A stretch of DNA of 64,000 nucleotides from Gemmatimonadales bacterium (GTDB lineage: Bacteria; Gemmatimonadota; Gemmatimonadetes; Gemmatimonadales; GWC2-71-9): contig JBDIWC010000019.1 of the NCBI GenBank assembly GCA_039794085.1, positions 1-64,000 of the forward strand, read 5' to 3'. The notes below the pieces were generated by a model. That model ran no database searches. It saw nothing but the letters and a program-made list of their open reading frames with translations, and was not told where the DNA came from. Positions 29,587 through 38,047 of this stretch are shown in pieces (position 1 is the first letter of the stretch; every line of letters begins with the position of its first letter). Made by a program: the position numbers and the translations under genes.

Positions 29587-29760
29587 GGCGAGTGTCGTCT
29601 GTCGCGTGTACCTGACGGTCCGTCCTGAGGCCCGCAGATACCTCCGGGGAGGTCCAGGCGATGAGTGAGCCCATTGCCGAGACCTTTTTGGATTCTCGGG
29701 TTCCCTCGCCGCGGGCTTAGAGGCGCTCGACATGGACAGCCCCCGGCAAATCATTGAGGC

Positions 29761-30138
29761 CTCATCCGGGTTTCGTGTGGGTGGGGGGAACTTCAACCCG
29801 CCATTTCTCGGATCTCTTCACGCCTTCCTGGGGTTGGATGTCGGAGTGAGGTGAGGGGCTCCGGTGGCCAGGCGGGCGGGGGAATGGCCACAAGAGGCAC
29901 AAAAGGCACAAGAAGCACGAGATCCCGCGGAGGGTCGCTCGCTGTCGGGAGGGGGTGGAACCACAGATGACGCCGATGACACTGAGCCGCGCCCCCACAC
30001 CGACTGGACTCAGGACCAGCTTGGGCAGAGTTCACACCGCGTCATCAGTGTCATCCGTGGTTTCTTCCGGGGGGTGAGGGGAGGCGCTCCGGGCTCAACA
30101 TGGACCCATGCCAAAGCCTGAAGAGCCTCATTGAGAAG
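29761..30138. repeat. Composite dispersed repeat homologous to 7213-7702
   Basis: Same ends; internal inverted repeat ccacagatgacgccgatgac / gtcatcagtgtcatccgtgg. Confidence 0.8.
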
Positions 30139-30190
30139 TCAGGTGTCACAGCGACCACAGCAGGTCTCACCACAACGTGACCAGGATCAC

Positions 30191-30409
30191 ATGCCATACG
30201 TCAACGTGCAGATCACCAGGGGCGCCACCCGGGCGCAAAAGGCCGAACTCGTCCAGGACATCACCGATTCACTGGTCCGGGTGCTCGGCAAGAAGCCGGA
30301 ACACACGCACGTCGTGATCCAGGAGATCGCCGAGGAGGACTGGGGGTTCTCCGGCATGCTCACCGATGACTGGAGAAGGGCGCAGGGCCGGAATCCCGGT
30401 GGCGAGTAG
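30191..30409 (+). CDS. 4-oxalocrotonate tautomerase family protein
   Basis: Pro-1 start 'MPYVNVQIT', 'QKAELV', 'THVVIQEI..DWGFSG'. Confidence 0.92.
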   Translation: MPYVNVQITRGATRAQKAELVQDITDSLVRVLGKKPEHTHVVIQEIAEEDWGFSGMLTDDWRRAQGRNPGGE

Positions 30410-30445
30410 CAATCCGCCGCCGCCGCGCCGCAGCGGGCGCTGCGG

Positions 30446-30594
30446 TTGAGCGGACTGTTCGGGACCCCGGACGCCGGTGCCGACCGGGTGGCCCGGCGCA
30501 TTTGGGACGACATCGCGCCCCAGGTCGAGGTAGTCTGCGGCCGACCGGAACGCCCGGGAGAACACGCCCCCCCCAAGACAGCGCGCCTGGCCCA
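30446..30594 (+). pseudogene. hsdR 3'-end remnant, copy 1
   Basis: Translates 'LFGT..ADRVARRIWDDIAPQV' and, after a frameshift, 'NARENTP..ARLA'. Confidence 0.7.
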
Positions 30595-30692
30595 GCCGGA
30601 GTCGGGAGGGTTGCAGAACGGGAGCGGCCGAGTTGCCCGGCCGCCCTCGATCCACCTTATTTCACATATCGTCCCTTGCCTGTGAGGCGACC

Positions 30693-30857
30693 ATGACCGG
30701 TACTGCTCCCCTCAAACAGAGAATCCTCGACGCTGTTGACGGCCTCCCGCCCAACGCGACGATTGAGGATGCGATCGAACGTCTTGTCTTTGTGGCCAAG
30801 GTGGAGCGGGGCCTCGCCCAGGCTTGGGATGCGTCGGCGGACCGGGAACCAGAGTAA
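30693..30857 (+). pseudogene. Truncated small antitoxin-like protein
   Basis: 'KQRILDAVDGLP.NATIEDAIERL.FVAKVERGLAQ', then diverges; its usual RelE/ParE partner is absent. Confidence 0.55.
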
Positions 30858-30858
30858 C

Positions 30859-31092
30859 TTGAAGGCCACGGAGTATTTTCGGTACACGCGCCTCCGCCCC
30901 GACCGGGCACGAATTCTGGAAGCGTGGATCGAGTTGGCGATCCGTGCTCCGTACACCGAACAGGTCCAATCGGATGGCCGCGTTCGGCGGTGGGTGTTCA
31001 TCGAGCCGGAGCAACGATATCTCCGGGTGGTGTTGCTCGCTGATCGCGAAACGGTCCACAATGCATTTTTCGACCGAGGGTTCAAGCCATGA
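30859..31092 (+). CDS. Putative toxin (DUF4258-like), paired with DUF2283
   Basis: TTG start; 'QSDGRVRRW..RYLRVVLL.DRETVHNAFFDRGF'; ATGA coupling to the next gene. Confidence 0.8.
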   Translation: MKATEYFRYTRLRPDRARILEAWIELAIRAPYTEQVQSDGRVRRWVFIEPEQRYLRVVLLADRETVHNAFFDRGFKP

Positions 31093-31295
31093 ACGTCAAA
31101 TACTTCACAGACACCGACACGGCGCTCTTGGAGTTTTCGGAACAGCCGGTCGACGAAACCAGGGAGATCTCCGAGAATGTCTATGTCGACCTCGACAAGG
31201 ACGGCAATCTCGTGAGCATGACTATCGAGCACGCGGCTCAGGTTGCATCTCTGCCACGCGTGAACCTTGAGGAGATCGGCTCACGCGCTGGATAG
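31089..31295 (+). CDS. DUF2283 putative antitoxin
   Basis: 'VKYFTDTDTALLEF..VDLDKDGNLVSMTIEHA'. Confidence 0.88.
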   Translation: MNVKYFTDTDTALLEFSEQPVDETREISENVYVDLDKDGNLVSMTIEHAAQVASLPRVNLEEIGSRAG

Positions 31296-31350
31296 CGAGC
31301 AAAGCAGCTGATGAACGCGTAGGGACTCACCTCTGTGCCCCGAGCCTTGG

Positions 31351-31574
31351 GACGTTCACCAAGGACTTCGGGACCCTCTCCACCGATGCCGACCGGGGCG
31401 CCCCGGCGCATCCGGGACGACATGGCCCCCCAGGTCGCGGTAGTCTGCGACCGACCGGAACGTCCGGGAGAACACACCCCCAACGCGCGCCTGGCCCACG
31501 ACCAGGAGCGGGCCCATGGTGAGGCATCTCCTCCTGAAAGAGGACACCCTGGACCAGGCAGTTCGTGGAGAACG
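31351..31574 (+). pseudogene. hsdR 3'-end remnant, copy 2
   Basis: 'FGTLSTDADR', 'RRIRDDMAPQV', 'ARLAHDQ', 'LLLKEDT', 'QFVEN' across frameshifts. Confidence 0.72.
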
Positions 31575-31595
31575 GCCCGGGGGGGGGGAGGTGTC

Positions 31596-31629
31596 TTGCA
31601 TTGTACATATTGTGTACGTATGTTAAGGA
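31596..31629 (+). promoter_or_regulatory. Leaderless brnTA promoter with operator palindrome
   Basis: TTGCAT-17 nt-TATGTT-5 nt-ATG; GTACA-N5-TGTAC in the spacer. Confidence 0.65.
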
Positions 31630-31926
31630 ATGAGTGAGCTTCGGTTTGAGTGGGATCCGCGCAAGGCGGCAGACAACCTGCGGAAGCATGGGGTCTCGTT
31701 CAGCGAGGCGCAGACCGTGTTCACTGATGAACACGGCGTCCTGATCGATGATCCTGACCATTCGGCCAGCGAGGACCGCTTCGTGCTCCTGGGGGTGAGT
31801 GCCACCAGCCGACTCCTGGTCGTCGTTCACTGCTACCGTGCCGCGGATCTGGTCATCCGGATCATTTCTGCCCGGAAGGCGGACCGACTTGAGCGCCGCC
31901 ATTATGAGGAAGGTGGACCGTCATGA
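31630..31926 (+). CDS. brnT: BrnT family toxin
   Basis: 'FEWDPRKA..NLRKHGVSF.EA..VF.D..EDRF..LG..LLVVVH..IRIISARKA'. Confidence 0.93.
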   Translation: MSELRFEWDPRKAADNLRKHGVSFSEAQTVFTDEHGVLIDDPDHSASEDRFVLLGVSATSRLLVVVHCYRAADLVIRIISARKADRLERRHYEEGGPS

Positions 31927-32153
31927 GAGACCACTACGATTTTTCGAAGGGACGCCCGAACCCCTACGCCAAGCTCCTGAAGAAGCCCGTGACGATCCGA
32001 TTGGATACCGCCACGGTCGAATACTTCAAGGGATTGGCCGAGGAGTCGGACATTCCGTACCAGACCTTGATCAACCTGTACCTGCGGGATTGTGCCGCCA
32101 ATCACCGGCGCCTCGATCTTCGGTGGCGCGGCTCCAAGGCCGGGACGGCGTGA
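31923..32153 (+). CDS. brnA: BrnA family antitoxin (RHH)
   Basis: 'YDFSKGRPNPY..KKPVTIRLD..YFK..PYQTLINLYL'. Confidence 0.9.
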   Translation: MRDHYDFSKGRPNPYAKLLKKPVTIRLDTATVEYFKGLAEESDIPYQTLINLYLRDCAANHRRLDLRWRGSKAGTA

Positions 32154-32292
32154 CAGAGGGGGGATAGCGTCATCGACCTGCCCCTCGAGGTCGATGGCCG
32201 CCTCTCGGTGTAGCTCGATGGGATCCTGGATCCGCTCCGACCTCGGCTGGTGCCCCGGTCCCGAGGCCGAGGAGCCAAGGTCTCGCCCCACC

Positions 32293-32538
32293 GGATGCCG
32301 ACCGGGTGGCCCGGCGCATTCGGGACGACAGTGCTCCCCAGGTCCCCGCGGATGCCGCCTACCAGAACGCCCGGGAGAACACGCCCCACACCGCGCGCCT
32401 GGCGCACGACCAGGCGGTGGCCCACGGTGAGGCAGCTCGTCCGGAAGGAGGACACCCTGGACCAGGCCGTTCGTGGAGAACGAGTCGTTCAAGCGGCTTG
32501 TGGGTGACATGGTGTCTGCGATCACGAATGCCGCGTAG
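32293..32538 (+). pseudogene. hsdR 3'-end remnant, copy 3 (retains the terminal stop)
   Basis: 'ARRIRDDSAPQVPADAAYQNARENTPHTARLAHDQA' and 'FVENESFKRLVGDMVSAITNAA*'. Confidence 0.78.
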
Positions 32539-32838
32539 GGCGGGGCCTCGGCGGGCGGTTCGGAGGCTCCCGCGAATTCGGACCTGGAGGAAGAGAGCTG
32601 AATCCTTCACAAAGTGCCGCAGGTGTCCGGGCAGCAGAGGGTTACGGGATGGGGCTGCAAGTGCTAGTGTTCTGGGGATCTCACCGGGTGATGGGATCCG
32701 GTACCGTATGTCTGGTTGCTTCTACAGGATCATGGACCGCTGACGAGCGTGGGGTGCTTGGAGATCTGCGACAGGATTGAGCCCCCGGGAGCAATTTGGA
32801 AATTACGTTGCTTTTTAAAGGTACAGGCGTGACAAGCA

Positions 32839-33177
32839 ATGCCAGACAAACCCTTTGCGGCGATTCTCGAACGCGTGCGAAAGGCCGCCGCCCGGCGGAT
32901 CCTTTTCCTGCCTCACGCTGTCCGACAGATGGCCAAGCCGGAGAGACTGATCTCCACTGCTGAGGTGCGAAACGCGGTCGTGGAGAATGGAGAAGTAATC
33001 GAGGACTACCCGGATGATCTGCGAGGTCAGAGCTGTCTCATTCTGGGGATAGGTGAGAACGGACGCCCTCTTCATATCGTCTGCTCCCCGAAAGATGAGT
33101 TTCTGGCGATCATTACGGCGTATGTCCCTTCAGCTCACGAATGGGAAAAGGACTGGAAAACGAGGAACTCGAGATGA
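32839..33177 (+). CDS. DUF4258 toxin
   Basis: 'FLPHAVRQM..GEVIEDYPDD.RG.SCLILG..RPLHIVC..IITAYVP'. Confidence 0.9.
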   Translation: MPDKPFAAILERVRKAAARRILFLPHAVRQMAKPERLISTAEVRNAVVENGEVIEDYPDDLRGQSCLILGIGENGRPLHIVCSPKDEFLAIITAYVPSAHEWEKDWKTRNSR

Positions 33178-33386
33178 AATGTATTCTCTGCCATGGCGAA
33201 ATGGTGCGAAGCGTTGCGCCGTTCCATGTTGACCGAAAAGGATATCATCTACTCCTGGACGCTGTCCCTGCGTGGGTATGCTCGCAGTGCGGTGAGGCAT
33301 ATTTTGAGGAAGCGGAGGTGGGATCAATCCAGGAAGCGATTCGAGCCATCGATGGTCAGGCGTCAAAGCTCGCGGCCTCTGCCTGA
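33174..33386 (+). CDS. YgiT-type zinc-finger antitoxin
   Basis: 'MKCILCHGEM...VPAWVCSQCGEAYF'; ATGA overlap. Confidence 0.9.
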   Translation: MKCILCHGEMVRSVAPFHVDRKGYHLLLDAVPAWVCSQCGEAYFEEAEVGSIQEAIRAIDGQASKLAASA

Positions 33387-33450
33387 CGAGTAGGACGCAC
33401 CACAGCCAGCCAATGGAGCGGACGTTTTGACAGCGTTGCTCACCGGCGTC

Positions 33451-33616
33451 GTTCGGGACCCTGTTCACCGATGCCCGACTGTGTCGCTCGGCGCATTCGC
33501 GACGACAGTTGCTCCCCAGGTCCCCGCGGATGCGTCCGTCCAGAACGCCCGGGAGAACACACCCCCACCGCGCGCCTGGCCCACGACTAGGTGCTGGCCC
33601 ACGGTGAGGCACCTCC
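33451..33616 (+). pseudogene. hsdR 3'-end remnant, copy 4
   Basis: 'FGTLFTDA', 'APQVPADASVQNARENTP', 'ARLAHD*'. Confidence 0.72.
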
Positions 33617-33994
33617 AATCCTGTTCATCCTGTGCATCCATGTTCCCCTTCCCGGGGCAAGGCCTCGCTCCGCACCGTGTCCGTCCGTCCCCGTCGGGGA
33701 CACCTCGGGCCAGCGGCCCGGTGTCACACCTTTTCGATATCTTCCATGTTGTCCGGTGGGGCCAATTCCGGGGTGTTCACGCCCTCGTGTCATTGGAGTT
33801 CGGAGCGAGGCGATTGGGCCCGGGTTGCCAGGTTGGCGGGAAAGGGCCACAAGAGGCACAAAAGGCACAAGAGGTCCGAACCAGAGCCAGACCCCGCCAG
33901 AAGATGCCAGCGGGAGGAGGGGCCGAGTCGAGTACAAGTACGGGTATGTGGACGGGAACGGGAACACTGAACACTGCGACGAAAGGCAACCCCG

Positions 33995-34633
33995 ATGGCC
34001 GGACTTTCCCCGCTGACGGACAGGGCAGCCGTCCTCAAGGCGATCGTCGAGTACGACGCTGTTGGGCGGGACGCGTTCCTCGAGCGGTACGGCTTCGGAC
34101 GCGCCAAGTGGTGGTACCTCCTGCACGAGGGGAAGCAGTACGATTCGAAGGCAATCATTGGCGCTGCCATGGGGTATCAAATGGGGACACCTCTGACCGC
34201 CGTGGATTTCAAGGGCGGCGAAGCGAGCGCCGTCCGCAAACTCCAGTCCCTGGGCTTCCGGGTCACTCGGAGCAAGATCACGGATGAATCGTCGATGTTA
34301 CCGGAAGAAGTCCCGGCCTCGTATCCCGAGGGAAACCGAAGGACGGTCACCGTGAACCGGGCCGAGCGCAGTGCTGAGGCGCGCCAGGCGTGCATCGAGA
34401 TGCATGGCACGGCCTGTACGGTGTGCGGCATCGAATTTGGCGAGGTGTACGGCCTCCAGTTCACAGGCCTGATTCACGTTCATCACCTTGCTCCGCTGGC
34501 CGGTCAGACCGACCTCCGGCAGGTGGATCCCCAGACAGATCTTTGTCCAGTATGCCCGAACTGCCACGCAGTGATTCACCATGGCGGTGCGAACCGGACC
34601 CTTGAGGAGGTTGAACGCTGCCTCAAACGGTGA
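33995..34633 (+). CDS. HNH endonuclease (McrA-like, with ScoMcrA-type N-terminal head)
   Basis: 'AVLKAIVEYD.VGRDAFLERYGF..YDSKAIIGAA..FKGGE'; 'CTVCG..HVHH..LCPVCPNCHAVIH'. Confidence 0.88.
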   Translation: MAGLSPLTDRAAVLKAIVEYDAVGRDAFLERYGFGRAKWWYLLHEGKQYDSKAIIGAAMGYQMGTPLTAVDFKGGEASAVRKLQSLGFRVTRSKITDESSMLPEEVPASYPEGNRRTVTVNRAERSAEARQACIEMHGTACTVCGIEFGEVYGLQFTGLIHVHHLAPLAGQTDLRQVDPQTDLCPVCPNCHAVIHHGGANRTLEEVERCLKR

Positions 34634-34640
34634 AAGGACG

Positions 34641-34742
34641 CGGCCGGAGCCCGAACTGGATCACCTGAGCAACATCCTCCGGAGCTTCAACGAGGAGTTC
34701 GGGACTCTGTTCACCGATGCCGACCGGGTGGCCCGGCGCATC
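34641..34742 (+). pseudogene. hsdR remnant, copy 5
   Basis: In frame 'RPEPELDHLSNILRSFNEEFGTLFTDADRVARRI'. Confidence 0.78.
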
Positions 34743-35062
34743 AACGGAGGGGACTGATCGCTCAGGCCAGGAGTGAACGCCAGAGTCTGCTGTCGTCATC
34801 CCCGATTCCACTCGACCATCTCCCCGCGGATGTCGCAGAGAAGACGCTCGGCGTGATTGCTGCGCTGCGGGACGGTAGACCATACATGGATTTCAGGGGC
34901 AAACGCCTCGGGACGATGGGGCAACGCGAGATCGTCTCGGTCCCGATAGGTCGGAGACACCGGCTCATATGCAGGGACGCCAACGGCTCCCTGGAGTTCA
35001 TCGAGGCATTATCGCATGAAGAATACAATAACCGGCTCTCGGCGGGCGGTTGGGCGAGGTGA
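34742..35062 (+). pseudogene. ParE-like toxin-domain gene, probably 5'-truncated
   Basis: Open frame 'PIPLDHLP..FRGKRL..SVPIGRRHRL..LSHEEYN' runs back to the hsdR remnant with no ATG; GTG at 34853 is a possible start. Confidence 0.55.
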
Positions 35063-35160
35063 TCGATGCTTGACAACCGTGCCAGCCATGTCGTGATCCA
35101 GGAAGTCGCCGAGGAGGACTGGGCGCCGGTCCGGACCGCCACCACGTCGCCTGCGACAGT

Positions 35161-35178
35161 TTGTGAAATTATTCACAA
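35161..35178. promoter_or_regulatory. Perfect Rex-box-like palindrome
   Basis: TTGTGAA-ATTA-TTCACAA. Confidence 0.55.
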
Positions 35179-35476
35179 ATGTCCGGCAGGTGTGGGGCCC
35201 AGAGGGTTTCCGGATGGGCCGCAGCCTGGATCGCGAGAACCTGCTGGTGGGATCGCGCCCATGAGCCAGGTGCACCGTGCTACCGGAAGCTGAATCAAAG
35301 CGTCCCATTGATTTACGCTGCACGGCTAAGCTAAAATAACGGAAGCCCATATTTGAGCATGTTCACCGCCGCCCCGGGACCATCGGCCACGAAACCGGCG
35401 CCAGCCTGATCCTCTGTGGCCTCACCGGCATTCGCAACGGCTTCTTTCGGCTCATTTTTACTCAGGAGGGGGCCTG

Positions 35477-36589
35477 ATGAGCGCGGTTGCATATCACGCC
35501 GGGCACTTTCCGCCGGCAACACTCGACTGGCCCCGCCTGATCCCGCTCCTGGGCCCCGCAGCGGCAGCCGTGGCTCGCTATGATGGCATGCTGGCCGCCG
35601 TGCCGAACCCCGCGGTCCTGCTTGCCCCCCTGACCACGCAGGAAGCGGTGCTTTCTTCGCGCATCGAGGGCACCCAGGCCACGATGGGTGAGGTGCTGGA
35701 GTTTGAGGCCGGACAGAAATCGGCGACGCCCGAGCGGCGCGACGACATTCACGAGGTGCTCAACTATCGCGCGGCCATGCAGGAGGCTGAGCGGTTGCTA
35801 GTGGAACTGCCGCTCTCCCAGCGCGTGATTCGAGACATGCATCGCGTGTTACTCCAGGGCGTGCGCGGCCAGAACAAGGCGCCCGGGGAGTACCGGCGCA
35901 CCCCCAACTGGATTGGGCCTGCAGGGTGCACCGTCGAACAGGCGCGGTTCGTTCCGATCGGTGCCGAACGTCTGCCCGATGCGATGAGTGTTTGGGAGCG
36001 ATACGCTCATGAGAACGCGCCGGACCGTTTGGTGCAACTCGCGATCCTCCACGCCGAGTTCGAAGCATTGCATCCCTTTCTGGACGGAAACGGCCGCCTG
36101 GGGCGGATGTTCGTGCCACTCTTCCTGTGGCAGCACGGGTTGATCCGTCGGCCAATGTTCTATATCAGCGGCTGGCTCGAGGCACGGCGCGACGAGTACT
36201 ACGAGCGCCTCCTGGCCGTCTCCCGCGACGATGATTGGACCGGGTGGTGCGGTTTCTTCATCGAGGCGGTGAAGGTCCAGGCCGAGGAGAACCTCGCCCG
36301 GACGCAGGCCATCCTGAAGTTGCACGACGAACTGAAGCACCGGCTGCCGGAAATGACCCGATCTCAGTACGCGGTACGAGCCCTGGACTGGATCTTCGCC
36401 CGGCCGATCTTCAGTGCCCCGGACTTCATTCAAGATGCCGGAATCCCCGCCCCAACGGCTCGGCGTTTCCTGGGGGTGTTGCGTAAGCACGATGTGCTGA
36501 GGGATCTGAGATCCGGCCGCGGCCGCCGAGCCGCAGTGCTCGCCTTCCCCGCGTTGCTGAACATCGCAGAAGGACGGGAGGTCCTTTGA
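35477..36589 (+). CDS. Fic family protein
   Basis: 'EAVLSSRIEGT' inhibitory helix; 'HPFLDGNGRLGR' Fic motif; AGGAGG RBS. Confidence 0.95.
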   Translation: MSAVAYHAGHFPPATLDWPRLIPLLGPAAAAVARYDGMLAAVPNPAVLLAPLTTQEAVLSSRIEGTQATMGEVLEFEAGQKSATPERRDDIHEVLNYRAAMQEAERLLVELPLSQRVIRDMHRVLLQGVRGQNKAPGEYRRTPNWIGPAGCTVEQARFVPIGAERLPDAMSVWERYAHENAPDRLVQLAILHAEFEALHPFLDGNGRLGRMFVPLFLWQHGLIRRPMFYISGWLEARRDEYYERLLAVSRDDDWTGWCGFFIEAVKVQAEENLARTQAILKLHDELKHRLPEMTRSQYAVRALDWIFARPIFSAPDFIQDAGIPAPTARRFLGVLRKHDVLRDLRSGRGRRAAVLAFPALLNIAEGREVL

Positions 36590-36761
36590 TGATCACAGGA
36601 TCCAGTCAAAACATGTTGTCGCTCACTATTCGTCATAATGTGAGCGTCAAAGTGGCTCGCCGATAACCATTGAGCGACAACCGGCACGAACTGGCCACCA
36701 TACCTCGCCGGCCTGGACCGTCATCCTTGCAATTCTGGAACAGTACTCCATAATTGCACAG

Positions 36762-37928
36762 ATGATCCCTCGCCGCCTCCTCCCCGACGTCACCTCCGCC
36801 CTGGCCGAAGTCCCGGCCGTGGCACTCCTGGGACCCCGTCAGGCGGGAAAGACCACGCTGGCGCTCGCGGTGGCCAGGGGGCGGCCAGCGATCTATCTCG
36901 ATCTCGAATCCGAGGCCGACCGGGCCAAGCTCGCGGAGCCGGAACTCTACCTGTCGCAGCACGAGGACAAGCTCGTCATCCTCGACGAGATCCATCGTGC
37001 ACCGCAGGTCTTCCAAAGCCTGCGTGGGCTCATCGACGCCGGCAGGCGGCGCGGGAGTGGCACGGGCCGCTTTCTGGTCCTCGGCTCGGCGTCGATGGAC
37101 CTGCTCAAGCAATCGAGCGAGTCGCTCGCGGGACGCATTCGCTACCTGGAGCTCTCCCCACTCGACGCCGGCGAGGTGGGCCCTGAACGTCTCGACGCGC
37201 TCTGGCTCCGGGGCGGATTCCCCGAAAGCCTCCTGGCTGCCTCGGATGCGGCCAGCCTGCGCTGGCGCACCGACTTCATCCGCACCTACCTCGAGCGCGA
37301 CATCCCGCAGCTCGGGCCGCGTATCCCGGCCGAGACCTTGCGTCGCTTCTGGACGATGCTCGCGCACCAGCAAGGGGGCCTGCTCAACGCCGCAGCTCTC
37401 GCCCGCGCGCTCGCGGTGGACGGCAAGACGGTCGCGGCCTATCTCGACCTGCTCGTCGATTTGCTGCTGGTGCGCCGCCTCGCGCCGTGGCACGGAAATG
37501 TCAAGAAACGGCTGGTCAAGTCACCCAAGGTCTACGTGCGCGACAGCGGGCTGGCGCACGCGCTGCTCGGGCTCGGCGACACGGAGGCCCTGCTGGGGCA
37601 CCCTGTCGCCGGCGGAAGCTGGGAGGGCCTGGCCATCGAGTCGCTGATCGCCGCCGCACCGACCAGCACCGAATCGTACTTTTTCCGCACCTCGACCGGC
37701 GCCGAGATCGATCTGCTGCTGAAACTGCCGGGCCACCGCAAGCCCTGGGCTATCGAAGTCAAGCGCGGCCTCGCGCCGAAGCTCGAGCGAGGCTTCCACC
37801 TGGCCTGCGACGTGGTTCGTCCGGAGCGGCGCCTGGTGGTCTACGGCGGGGTCGAGCGCTTCCCGCTCGGCGAAGGCGCGGAGGCGATCTCACTCATCGG
37901 ACTCGCCGAGGAGCTGTCCGCACCATGA
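36762..37928 (+). CDS. AAA+ ATPase with DUF4143 (PD-(D/E)xK-like) C-terminus
   Basis: Walker A 'GPRQAGKT', Walker B 'ILDEIH', 'KSPKVYVRDSGL', 'EIDLLL..IEVK'. Confidence 0.93.
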   Translation: MIPRRLLPDVTSALAEVPAVALLGPRQAGKTTLALAVARGRPAIYLDLESEADRAKLAEPELYLSQHEDKLVILDEIHRAPQVFQSLRGLIDAGRRRGSGTGRFLVLGSASMDLLKQSSESLAGRIRYLELSPLDAGEVGPERLDALWLRGGFPESLLAASDAASLRWRTDFIRTYLERDIPQLGPRIPAETLRRFWTMLAHQQGGLLNAAALARALAVDGKTVAAYLDLLVDLLLVRRLAPWHGNVKKRLVKSPKVYVRDSGLAHALLGLGDTEALLGHPVAGGSWEGLAIESLIAAAPTSTESYFFRTSTGAEIDLLLKLPGHRKPWAIEVKRGLAPKLERGFHLACDVVRPERRLVVYGGVERFPLGEGAEAISLIGLAEELSAP

Positions 37929-37957
37929 GCCAGTTCACCTTCCTCCAGCGTGAATGA
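37925..37957 (+). pseudogene. 10-codon stub MSQFTFLQRE*, resembling a type I HsdR N-terminus
   Basis: GAGGAG RBS and ATGA coupling; matches the recalled 'MS.F.FLQ.EW' start of EcoEI/DUF4145-type HsdR, with TGA where TGG is expected. Confidence 0.5.
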
Positions 37958-38047
37958 GGCCCCTGAATGATCCGGTAATCCCCTGACCGGGCGCACGCCG
38001 TGCGCCCCTACACGCCCCGCCAACCGGCCCCGTGTATCATTGACGCC

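Noticed and set aside
29590..29760. Possible further gene fragments after the antitoxin
   Set aside because: No continuous frame or recognisable motif.
29141..35123. Integron/attC cassette array as the explanation for the TA cluster
   Set aside because: No intI and no RYYYAAC...GTTRRRY palindromic attC sites were seen; the separators translate as protein-coding remnants.
35261..35293. MSQVH.. as another restriction-gene start stub
   Set aside because: Too short and non-specific to assign.
36615..36681. Possible dif/Xer site or mobile-element end after fic
   Set aside because: Only a XerC-like half (ttcgtcataa) is present with no TTATG arm; the 11-bp inverted repeat is more likely an operator or terminator.
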